Source: Sphyrna mokarran
Lineage: Eukaryota
Length of the DNA: 64,000 nt
Direction: 5' to 3'
Assembly: GCA_024679065.1 (NCBI GenBank)
Contig: JAGIQG010000004.1
Coordinates: 85,808,001-85,872,000, forward strand
The position numbers were made by a program, and so were the translations under genes. How positions within the stretch are numbered: the first letter of the stretch is position 1; every line of letters begins with the position of its first letter. The notes beneath the pieces are model-generated. The model worked only from the letters and a program-made list of their open reading frames with translations, did no database searches and was not told the DNA's origin. Positions 26,495 to 37,980 of this stretch are shown here, one piece after another.

Positions 26495-26582
26495 AGATTG
26501 TGATGACTAGGGGAATTTCACAGTAACTTTTATTGCAGTGTTAATGTAAGCCTTACTTGTGACTAATAAATAAACTTTATTT
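26495..26582 (+). mobile_element. Isolated SINE 3' tail (alternative tail type)
   Basis: gactaggggaatttcacagtaac...gccttacttgtgactaataaataaacttta, the same tail as the SINEs at 16897 and 28223. Confidence 0.75.
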
Positions 26583-26796
26583 TAAAGTAAGTTGACTATT
26601 TTAATAGACTCTGTATACTTTAATAAGATCTCAAGCTACATTGAGTGGCTGAAGCTGTCACCACTCCAACATGTGGTGTGAGGTGGCAGTAGTAGGGGTT
26701 TGGGTTAATCATCATGTACACTAAACATGGGATGGTAAGAACTCTGTAACATGGGGCCCTGTGAGGCAGTCGTAGGCAATGATTTGACAAAGAGCA

Positions 26797-27190
26797 CTCC
26801 TTAGCAGACAAATGGTGTCCGTTACCCCTCTCTCTCCATGACACTGTAGTGAGAGGACTGTGAGGAAGATGGAGGCTGGTGTCTCAGTGTAGCTGAGACA
26901 AGATATAATGAGGCTCATTCTGCAACTCGTATTTTGGCTGAGCAAACAAAGGAAATGCTGATGATTTGGTCCTAGTGTTTGGGCCAGTCTGGTGGAGCCC
27001 TGCAATACAATCCACTGAGGGAGTCATGCACCCCTGTTGCCTGCTGTACCCAACACAACCTGACACTGTAATGGGGGAGGAACTATCTGAGGGGGAGATG
27101 GAGGAAAGGCACATCCCCTCCAGTGAGGAGGATGAGATGAAGGTGAGGAGATTCTTAAATGCAAGAAAGATGGTTGTGAAGCCATGAGGC
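26797..27190 (+). pseudogene. Harbinger DDE transposase C-terminal remnant
   Basis: LADKWCPL..AETRYNEAHSATRILAEQTKEML..CLGQSGGALQYNP..ACCTQHNL matches the Harbinger GDKGYPL / YN.AH..TR..E / CLD.SGG.LQY / CC.LHN motifs. Confidence 0.85.
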
Positions 27191-27737
27191 TAAGTGAGGC
27201 AGGCATGCTGTGAAAGCCCTCATAATTAATGGAGGATGATGACAGCATGCAGTGAGAACCCTCTATGTATCCTCACATTGCATCTGTGAACTTTTGACTC
27301 AACTTTGGCTGAAGGTAGTGCACATACCGTCTGTGATCAGCTTTCTGTCACTGGGATGCAGTGGGTGCCTACAGTCCTTATATTCCAGGAGGATGATGAT
27401 GACTTGAAGTGGGGATTGTCCACAGATTCTCATAGAGCTGCTGTGAATGGCTGACTTTTGTCTGGCTGAGGGCTCACTGACTAGGGTCATATCAGGGAGA
27501 TGCAATGGGGCAAGTTTAATTTCTCCTGATCCTACAGTGTCCTTCACAATCAGAACCTTTCAAGATCATGGTATCACTGGAGACAGAAGCTGATGAATTG
27601 GGGGAACCAGCTGCACAGGCCTCAGAGATGCTGAGAGCATTCAGAGAGAATGACAAAAACCTGTGACTTACCCAGGTTCTGGTAGCAATAATAAGTTCCA
27701 TCAAGATGCAGGCACGTCTGAGGTATCCAGTACTTGT

Positions 27738-29009
27738 GAAAATGGAGGTGACAGCCCTGATATATCAATGCACTGAGTCAACATTGGTAGAATGGTGGCT
27801 ACCATAGAGACATTGATTCAGGTCATCTGTCCTGAACTGCTGCAGGAACTGCAATCAATGACTGAGGTATTTGCTGGCATCCATCAATGTCAATGCCAGA
27901 GGAGTACGTGCATCTGAAACTTATACCAGCTCTCTTCCCGCTCAAAGAGGCAGCCAGGGGCCTTTGAGCACGTATATGGAGGAGGAGCAGTTGGTGCACA
28001 CCATAGGGCCATCCATTCAGGTGACTCCGGGAGTGTGCTGGGAAAGTTGCACACAGCACTGGGAGCAAGCCCTGAACTGAGATACCTGCCTTTATCTTGG
28101 GCTTTCACTTAGGGAAGTACTGCTCAACAAAGAACTGTGACAGGGTGACTTAGCCTTGGAGTTTAGTTACACTCATTACCATTATGTACAAATGATTAAC
28201 ACACATACTAACACCGTGCAACTAAAGTTTATTTATTTGTCACAAGTAAGTTCTGTAAAATTTCCCTAGTCGTCACACTCCGGCACTTGTTTGGGTCAAT
28301 GCACCTAATCAGCACATTTTTCAGATTGTGGAAGGAAATCTGAGCACCCAGAGGAAACCCACACAGACACAGGGAGAACATGCAAACTCCACACAGAAAT
28401 GACTCAAGCCAGAAGTAGAACATAGGTCCTTTACGCTATAAAGCAGCAGTGCTAACGATTGTGCCACCGTGTCGCCCTTACACCTCCTTAACCTTTCTAA
28501 TCCTGCTGCTACATTATGGTGCATCCCCGACATCCACAGCAGGGGTCGAGGCAGCCTCCTGTCTATCACACTCTGTTGTCTGGTGTGCCCTGGCGGGCTG
28601 AGACTTGGAGAGCTGCAATCTGCTTTCGGGGACTTGTGTGGCAGTGCCACTCTCCTTGGACCGTGGAACTGGAGCTGAAGGGATCACAAGGAGAAGGGAT
28701 TTGGTAAGGTGGAACACTCCCGGAGTCACCTGAGTGGATGGCCCTGTGGTGTGCACCAGCTGCTCCTCCTCCATATACGTGCTCAAAGGCCCCTGGCTGC
28801 CTCTTTGAGCGGGAAGAGAGCTGGTATGAGTTTCAGATGCCCGTACTCCGGCATTGACATTGATGGATGCCAGCAAATGCCTCAGTCATTGATTGCAGTT
28901 CCTGCAGCAGTTCAGGACAGATGACCTAAATCAATGTCTCTATAGCAGCCACTATTCAACAATGTTGACCTCAGTGCATTGATATATCAGGGCTGTCATC
29001 TCCATTTTC
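27738..29009. repeat. Imperfect inverted repeat: arms ~27738-28036 and ~28714-29009
   Basis: ORFs 27871+/28876- and 28068-/28709+ give near-identical peptides; the arms differ by scattered substitutions and small indels. Confidence 0.95.
28223..28475 (-). mobile_element. HE1/V-SINE-like SINE (alternative tail)
   Basis: Reverse head ggcgacacggtggcacaatcgttagcactgctgc, V-domain, tail cttgtgacaaataaataaacttta. Confidence 0.88.
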
Positions 29010-31007
29010 CTTTGCAATCTGAAGAATGCAGCAAACAACCTTTCCCAATGTTCCTGAGTTTGTCTTTGCAGCTCCAGCAACTGAGCTCTGAATGGATCCA
29101 GAGACTTTTCATCTGACATGGAATCAATAGATCCCTGGCCTTCAGCCTCCGAGTGCCAACACCCTGAGATGTCCTCACAGAGGAGTGTGTCTCTGTACTG
29201 CTGGAGGTGTGGGAGAACACTCTGATGCAGCAACAATGTTGGTGTCTGTAGATTCCTTATCTGTGCTCCTCTCAGAACTGGCATCCAGGACCTGGCTCAT
29301 GGATCCCCCACACTAAATGTGTCTGCAGAAGGAAGATCATTTGTGCATGGCAGGGGCCTGTGAAACAGGAGGTATCACTCACAGTATTGTTGTCTGATGG
29401 ATGTTGCAGTGCAGAATTCTCACTTGGATGAATATTATCTGACTCACTGTCAAAGCATAAACATTGCACATCTTCACCAGCCAGCTGAATTGTTCCATTT
29501 TCAAAGTTTTTCAGGTCCTGAGTTCCACCATTCCTCCACCTTCCCTATTTGTTATACACCAGCTTATCCTGCATGAAAACAGGTGGACAGTGTAGAAGCA
29601 AGTTGCCTGCCAGGCCAGATGAAAAGGTTGCGTGGCATGTATGGGTAATGAGTAAGGTCATAGATGGAGATCAGGCAAGATGAAGGTGTGTGTGATGAAT
29701 GCATGATGGTGTTCTTGAACTGGCAATGAGTGAGATCTCTGATGACGAGTGATGGTTGTGTGAGTTGAGAGTGATGAGACTTACCCTGAAGATCATTCAT
29801 CCTTTTTCGTGACTCTTCTCTTTAGGTGGGTATTGACACTGACCACACTGCCTCTCATACTGGATTGGTGTCCTTGCTTGATAGCTTTTGCCCAGAACAG
29901 CGATAAATGACACAACGGCGAGAGTGCGCTGCACCTAGTAGGTATTTGAGGGGGGCATCACTAAATTAAGCGGTAGCATATTATTTGGCAGCTCCACACG
30001 GTGATGAATGAGAGGTCATTTCGCCTGTGATCCAACGTTATTGTGTCTCTAGATTTTTTAAACGAAGTATCACATGTTACAGCAGAGAAAACCACCATCT
30101 TTCTACCCGAAAACGGACTTTGCCAATATCTAGGTTGATTTAAATCTGAATATTGGGTGATTACCAGGGCAGGCACTTTACCCAGTGGAGATTTGAAATT
30201 CCCTGGTAATTACCATGCCATTGTTATATGGGCGAGATATGCTCCAGTGCATCTTCGGGGTACTCCCCTCATGGGTATGAAACACTGGAGATTCAAAGTC
30301 ATGGGCCATTTTTGTGCTGATTTGCAGAAAAACAAAATGGTCCCTTTGAAACTTATTCCCTCAACTCCTTCCATCTATGGACAAAAGTCCATAGGGATCT
30401 GGAACTCTGTAGCCCAGAGGCTTTCTGAATCATGTGGAAGAGGTTGTAAGATATAATTGTATTGAATTAGTGGTATAGGATATACTTGCATTTTAAAATG
30501 AATCAGATGTGCTGTGCATGCTGTTGTTTACAACATCATCTTCAAACATTTTCTACAAGCTCACAAAATTCTGTAAACACTTCCTGGGGGAGGATTTTCT
30601 GTGGTTGCTGCATGTAAACACATTCTTTTTTTATTGCATGTGCGATGTCACTGTACATATCAACGAGATGGAATCTTGCCCCTGTGTCAATCATTTTACT
30701 GAATGCATCTGTTAGAAGATGAAACAAATCTGTCACACAATATGGAATGGAATTACAAACTGCGTTTTTCACAAATTATGAACTAAGCCTGCTACTGAAT
30801 ATAAAACAAAGCTAGAAAAAGAGCCTTTAACAAAAAGAAGCAAATAAAGAAGTATTAAAAATCTGAGATAGAAACAGGAAAAGCTGTAAGTTTACAATGG
30901 CCAGTCAATACCTAAAATGGAAATATGCTCTGTAGAACTTTACATCAGGACTGAGTTTCAATGAAGCATAATGGGTGAAATCATGTGCTGATTGATCTGT
31001 GTGGTGA

Positions 31008-31276
31008 TTTTATTTATTATTTATTATTGTCACAAGTAGGTTTGCATCAATACTGCAATGAGGTTACTCTGGAGATCCCCTCGTTGCTACACTCCAGTGC
31101 CTGTTCGGGTACACTCAGGCTGGAATTTTACCACCTTGTATGTTCCGTTCTGGGGTGGACGAGGCTCATAGAATGGAAATCTCCATTGGCCTCAGAGGGA
31201 TTTTACGATCTCACCTGAACGAGGTCATAAAATCCCGCACTGAAGGAGAATTTAGCATGGCCAATGCACCCAACCA
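31008..31276 (-). mobile_element. SINE 3' portion interrupted by a MITE (31116-31238)
   Basis: Reverse tail ttgtgacaataataaataataaataaa; cctgttcgggtacact[MITE]actgaaggagaatttagcatggcc with an act/act duplication. Confidence 0.75.
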
Positions 31277-32069
31277 AATTTGTGGTGATTGTGTCTTTAA
31301 AGGTAATGCAGCAGAATAAAGGTCACCTGCCTTGAGGGGCCAATTGGGGTGAACAGTGGGTTATCATCCCAGGGGGCCATGTCTTCTCTTAATTAGAAGA
31401 CATGTTGGGACCTACAAGCTGCTATGAGGGATTTATGCAGTTTTTCTTAAAAATAAATACTGTTCTTGTGTTTCTAATGAAATTTGTGAAACTGCATCAT
31501 TACAACCTGCTGAACAGATCTTTCATTTAGCTTTATTTTGGTTTTGATCCATCACAAAACAGAATATATCTATTAAAATACATAGAATACAACAATAATA
31601 CTAAAAATAGTTGATTCTTCTCCCCTTCTTAAAGCAGCCCATTTTCCTAACTAATGTAAAGAATGCTTTATTCCTAAAGCCAGAAGTGCCAAGATATGCT
31701 TCTAATGTGCTGGATTTGGACAGACACTTTCAGCACTCGGTGTCCTTTTTTGCATATGTCATGAAAGTTAATTTCAGGGACCCATAGCCACGGCAAACTC
31801 CAGCTGCATGGTGGGCATCCAGCCAACTGGTAACTGCTGACATAAAGAGGCCTTTGTAAAAACCATCTGGATGATTGACAATTTATTTTCACTATAAGGG
31901 TTGGTAGCTGTGTAGATAGACCCAAGCTAAAGCAAGCTGCAAGAGCCCAACTAGAAAAGAATTTGTATTCGTACAAAGATCAAAAACGACACAGAGTCCC
32001 ACCACCACACAACGGGCATTTTCATTGTTACTACTGATGGATCAATAACATGTTTATAAACACATTGGG

Positions 32070-32377
32070 CTGCAGTGCAGAAGAAGGCCATTCAGCCCAT
32101 TGAGTCTACACCAACCACAATCCCATCCAATCCCTAGCCCCGTAAACCCACATATTTACCCTGCTAGTTCCCCTTGACGCTATGGCTAATTTAGCATGGC
32201 CAATCTACCTAATCTGCACATCTTTGAACTGTGAGAGGAAACTGGAGCACTTGGAGAAAACCCACATCGACACAGGGCAAATGTGCAAACTCCACACAGA
32301 CTTTGACCTGCGGCTGGAATTGAACCCAAGCCGTTGGCACTATGAGGCAGCAGTGCTAAACACTATGCCACCATGCC
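32070..32377 (-). mobile_element. HE1/V-SINE-like SINE with CR1-type tail
   Basis: Reverse head ggcatggtggcatagtgtttagcactgctgcctcat; tail gggctgaatggccttcttctgcactg. Confidence 0.88.
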
Positions 32378-33714
32378 AACAACAGATCATAAATTATAAT
32401 TTGATACTAAAATGGCTGCATTTGGAAGGAAAGCCACAAACTATGTTAAATTGCCAACATGAGTTAGAGGTAAGATATCTCTTCAACTGTGCATACGTCA
32501 TATCTTTAATTTTTCCCATATCCTCCTTGTCCACCAATTATATTCTGGAACACATATTGAACTCCATATTAAATAAATCTGTTTACGATTCTCTTGCAGC
32601 TTCTGTAATGTAGGAATTGAATTTCTGTGGTGTAAGATTTAACTGAATATTATTTTCCAACTGACATCTATTCAATTAGTTTGTTCATGATCTTTCAAAT
32701 ATTTTATGGCTAAGGGAGGAAATACTTTGCATTTCCTGATTGAAATGCCTTCGAGTCGTGATGCATTCTCAGTGCTTGAGAACAGAATGGTCAATTGTCG
32801 TAAACTTCTGGACAGGTCCAGAAAGACCATTTAAAGGTCCGTTGAGCTTGGGTGAGAATTTCCAGTCTTGGGACATGCACAGTCGAAAAATCCCACCCCA
32901 TGTCTTCATAGCTTAGTTCTTGGTCACTCAATTACGTCTGGAATGTTATCACCATTCACCCCAGTAGGACTTTCCCATCACGCTGCAGTGAACAGGGATC
33001 TCACTGGGCACAAATTCTCCAACCTTGTTGCATTAAGAGCATGGTATAAAAGGCCAGTAAGATCGCTCCCCACAACTCCTCAGCCCAATAATTTAATTTG
33101 TTCAATCATCACCCCATTGTTAATCACTCTACTTTCATTAATTCCTTTCAATGTCCCATTGCCAATGATTTCTCCGTTCATGAACGCCTTCCTAGTTTCT
33201 CTCTTTCCCACCATACCAAGCCTACTGTATTTATCTTGAGTGACTTCAGAGTGTTCTTACTCACCCTATCAGTGTTCCTCCACATGGACCACTGTGCAAT
33301 ATTCCTGTCAACCCTTTCATTGTTGCATGCCTATCTGTTCCTTCTTCAATCCTAACTCTTTCTCTTCTACACAAATCACCTGAAGATTTACCCCAAGGCT
33401 TCACCTTTTATCCCTTTCTACTCCTTGCTTGTGTATTACAACCCAATTCATTTTTATCATCAACTTTCACATGTCCCTTTACCACTTCACCATCAATTTC
33501 ACATCTTTTCTTTATTGTGCCTGTCTCTGATATCAAGATGTGAACGGGGCTGAACTTCATCAGAACTATCTATCTCCTTTCACAGCTGCTCACACAAGCT
33601 GAAATGTGTATTGGGAATTTTTAAGTTTCAAACATGGTATCCAATCAAACACTTCAGTCAGCAACTGCTATTAAGAAAATATAATGAACTAAATTTCGAT
33701 CTTACTCCCTGTTT

Positions 33715-34380
33715 GTTTTTTATTCATTCGAGGAATGTGGGCTTCACTGGCTAGGTCAGCATTTACTTCCCATCCCTAATTGCCTTTGTAAAAGTGGCGC
33801 TGAGCTGCCTTCTTGAACTGTTGGCAGTCCATGTGGTATAGAAATACCCACAGAACTGTTAAGGAGGGAGTTCCAGGATTTTGATCCAATATCAGTGAAG
33901 GAACGGCAATATATTCTCAAGTCAGAATGATGTGTGGTTTGCCAGGAACTTGTAGGTTGTGGTGGTCCCATGCATCCACAGCAATTGTCTTTCAAATGGT
34001 TATGGGTTTGGATGGTGTTGTCTAAAGAGTCTTGATGAGTTTCTGCAGTGTATCTTTCAGAAGACACACACTGCAGCCATTGTGCACCAGCAATGGATGG
34101 AATGAATGTTTGTGAAAGGGATGTCAACCAAGCAGGCTGCTTTGTCTTGGAAGATGTCAAGCTTCTTGAGTGTTTTTGGAGTTGCACACATCCAGGTAAG
34201 TGGAGAGCTTTCCAATACACTTCTGACTTGAGCCTTATAGATTATGGACAAACTCTGGGGAGGCGGAAGGTGAGTTATTGCAGCAGGATTACTAGCCTCT
34301 GACCTGTTCTTGTAGCCACAGTATTTACATGGCTGGCCCAGTTCAGTTGTTTGTCATTCATAACACACAGGTTGTTGATA
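33715..34380 (-). mobile_element. 3' end of second CR1-like LINE family
   Basis: QLNWASHVNTVATRTGQRL, IIYKAQVRSVLESSPLTWMCATPKTLKKLDIFQDKAACLV; 3' end ggcaattagggatgggaagtaaatgc. Related pieces at ~20245-20420, 23335-23500, 53380-53450, 54340-54700 and 56070-56400. Confidence 0.85.
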
Positions 34381-34429
34381 GTGGTGAAAGGAGACCATCC
34401 AATTTGGTAAAAGGAAGCCACAGGATCAA

Positions 34430-34735
34430 TAGAAAGCTCATCAAAATACTTAGTGTAGGTTGTTGGCACTGGGTGGCATGGATCTGTGCTGGGGTCACAG
34501 TTATTTACAATATATGTTAATGACTTGGATGAGGGAAGTGAATGAACTCTTGCCAGATTTGCAGATGCTACATTGAGATAGACAGATTTTTAATCAGTAA
34601 GGGAATCAAGGATTATGGGGATAAAGTGGGGAAGTGGAACTGATGATCATATCAGGTCAGCCACGATCTCATTGGGTGGCAGAGCAGAACTGATGGGCTA
34701 ATTGGTCTACTTCTGTTCCTACATCTTATGGTCAT
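34430..34735 (+). mobile_element. Internally deleted CR1 fragment
   Basis: GSVLGSQLFTIYVNDLDEGSE..FAD joined directly to a CR1 3'UTR (ttcctacatcttatggtc). Confidence 0.75.
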
Positions 34736-36319
34736 GTCTCCGCAGGCAGCTTACCCAAGGCAAAGGATCAGTTTCAAAATACAAACCAAGTTGTGTAAAC
34801 TGTCCCCACAATTTATCCTTTTTAAGCCCAAATATTAAAACAGGTGAATCGAGGGGAGACAATCCTGCTGTTTCTCTCACCTGCCTGCTGCGTTTACGTT
34901 AAATGTTCTTTTGTTATTGTCAAATTATCTTCCACTGCATACGGCATAGAACAATATCCTGAATTTGGAATGTCCTTCACAGGAACCATCAACTCACAGC
35001 ACAACAAATCCCTTTCAGACGTTGCTTCAGGGGCAACCTGATAGATCAATCACCTTTGTTCTTCCATGAGGTCCGAGCAAGGGAACATTTGGAAGAGTGG
35101 AGAGGAACCAGCTGGATAGGAGGCCCCCTGTGACCCTGCTGGAGGCCACTACAATCTGAAGGCCTGTTCCAGATGTTACAGTGACCTAGGAAAATAAAAG
35201 CGCGCAGTATTCTGGCTGCAATAGCACAAAGGAACAGAGAAGCAAAAGGAGATTGCAACAAAGGAACTGATTTCTCCATGTGGGGTTAAGTCCCCATTAA
35301 GTTGATGCGGTAATTAAAATTAAGAATGTTTCTACATTACCTCATAGCACAGATATTCATCACAGACTCTGCAAAATGAATGAGCAGTTCTACCATCAGG
35401 ATATCTTTTAACAGGGAAATTTTTCTAGCAGTCCTTCCAAAAATGAAATGTTTACAAGGAACTGTGATTAATTGCAACAGTTCTTTGATATGTATCAGTT
35501 GAAGTATTTTCTTGCTCTGCAAATTCTATAATTATGATGATATTCACAGATTTAACAGTAGCAACCTCAGACCTTCTCGATCGGCTACCTAAAAAAATTA
35601 ACCTCACCATCCTGTGCTCTGACTGCACAGTTTACAAAAACATGTAACAAGGTGTCAGCGGATTTTGATAAAATCACATCACTTCTTTGTGGACTATGAA
35701 TGAATGAATTGGAGTGTAGAATTTGTGGCTCACTTTATCTATTTTTTGTCTTCCAGATTCAGTATGCAGGCACATAACAGCGCTTCAAGAGGAGGAAATA
35801 AGCTAAAAGAAAAAAACACTAAAACTCCTCCTCAGAGTCCCAAGGGTTAAATCTCAATGGCTGAGAGCCAAGCTGAAGAGAAGATCTAACTGACAGTTTG
35901 GGAGAGAAGAATTTCTTCCTTTGCTTTCTAGTGTTTACAAGGGCAAGACAAACTGCACTGAAATCTTTGTGTGGTACAAAGGAGATTGTTTCAGCTGCAA
36001 TTTCTACTTAAAAGCCTTCCTGGCTGAAGCCAGTGCCAAGACGGAAACAAACTGGGAGTGTAAACAGAAAGCAAACTGTGCAGAATGGTATCAGGCTCAT
36101 TTTTAAAAAATACAGTTCTAGTTTTCTTTTCATCCCCAGACTGGGATAATTTACAAGTAAAACAGCTCAGCAAAAATTATAATATTTTGATATCATTCTA
36201 TATGTTGGAATTTTTTTGGAGGGGGTAAAAAATGCTCATCAAATGAAGTATTAGGGAAAGAAATTTCAAGCACATGCTTTCAACACTCATTTCAAGGACA
36301 GGTTCAGTACAGATGACAC

Positions 36320-36786
36320 AGGTTTCACAGCTTGGTATGGCTCCTACTCTGTTCAAGACAGCAAGAAACTACAAAGAGTTGTGAATGTATCCCAGTCTAT
36401 CACACAAACCAGCTTCCCATCCATTGACTCTGTCTAGACTTCCCACCGCTTTGGAAAAACAGCCTGCATAATCAAGTACCCCATGTACCCCAGACATAGT
36501 CTCTTTCACCTTCTTCCATCAAGAAAAAGATACAGAAGTCTGAAAACACATATCAACTGATTCAAAAACAGTTTTTTCCCTCCTGCCTTCAGGCTTTTTA
36601 ATGGACATATCATGTATTAAATCTTTCTTTCCACCCTATCTGCAGTTGCAATATTATATTTTGCACCCGCTCCTTTCCTTCTCTCCAATGTACTCTATGA
36701 ACGGTATGTTTTGTCAATGTAGCACTCAAGAAATAATACTTTTCACTGTATCCCAATGCATGTGACAATAATAAATCAAATCAAAC
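36320..36786 (+). mobile_element. Rex1/Babar-clade LINE 3' end
   Basis: AWYGSYSVQDSKKLQRVVNVSQSIT..LFHLLPSRKRYRS..KNSFFP; tail tgtgacaataataaatcaaatcaaa. Another tail copy at ~47793-47836 (-). Confidence 0.8.
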
Positions 36787-37282
36787 ATGTGGAGTAGAGC
36801 TTTCTGTGCACTTTCTTATAGAGCAGTCCCAATCCTGACAAGCTTAGCACACAGTAAAGCTTGCTTTACTTTACCCCAGCCATGTGTAATATCTTAAACT
36901 CAGCAGTGCGATAGTCCTATATATGCCACTTTGTGACTTTCCTGAGTAAGACTACCAAGTAATGTCAATTTAATAACTTGGTGCTAATTTAGGATTAAGT
37001 TATGAGTGGTTTGTACTATGGACTACTCCCAATGAAAACATGCTTGAAAGCAGCTCATATTACTTTAGATCCTATCAGCCCAGAGAGAATAAGAAGACTT
37101 TTATCCCCTAGTTCTGAACTGCTTTCAAAGCCAAACCCAATGGTGAAAAGTCGGTTAGCTAAATGAATAGTCTCTCACTCATTTTTCTATTATGATTCCA
37201 TCCAAAATTTAAAATGATACTGCTGGTTCTATGAGTATGATATTTTAAAAAAAGATAAATGACTTTTCTAATGGAAAGGGAA

Positions 37283-37980
37283 ACCATAGAATCACAAACA
37301 TTTGCAGCATGCACAAACATTTTTGGCCCATAATTCCTATGCCAATTCTTTCCTGAGGCAGTCATAATCTGTTGTATCCTCTGTCGGTCACCCATTATCT
37401 TACCCTGCTTCAGTTATTAATTCCTCCTGTAAAGATGGAACAGTTGGGGTTTCTGTCTCATTCACTCACAGCAACAGCCTTCTCACTGCCTTAGGATCAA
37501 TTTTAAATTAATGACTCCTCATTACTGACTTCTGAACCAGAAGAAACAGTTATTCCCTATACATTCCATAAAATACCACATAGTTTAAAAAAAAGAATTT
37601 AAGTCTTTCCGTAGCTGACTCTGCTCCAATTGCTCAAGTTTTCCCCCATTGCTAAAGTTTCCCATCTTGATACTAATGTGATGAACCTATACTATACTCT
37701 CAAATATTTTGTTACCTTTTCTATAGTAAGACTGAATTTTTGAGCTGAAGTCTAACTGATGTTATATATAAATTCATCATTACTTTTTACTGTTGTACTC
37801 TATGCCTCTATTTTTGAAACAAAAGTTCTATTTTTTATGGCTTTACCCACCTGTACTTGCACTGTAAGAAATTATGCATATGTATCCTTTTGTTGCTCTG
37901 TTTTTAATCCCAAAATAGTATATTTTACCAATCCACGTAAAATTACAGAATTAATTTTAATCCTCACCATTCTCCCGTAA
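37283..37980 (-). mobile_element. Highly decayed CR1 3' region
   Basis: catagaatc..catttttggccc tail-like start followed by a degenerate reverse-complement CR1 C-terminal sequence. Confidence 0.45.

Larger units (their letters stand above)
26255..30310. mobile_element. Decayed PIF/Harbinger element: transposase (+) and Myb/SANT-like gene (-), convergent
   Basis: Left end gggcagaatttta; transposase C-terminus at 26800-27190 (+); Myb-like VSVNT..RKRMNDL followed by a gtaag donor at ~29780-29860 (-). The right terminus is uncertain. Confidence 0.7.
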
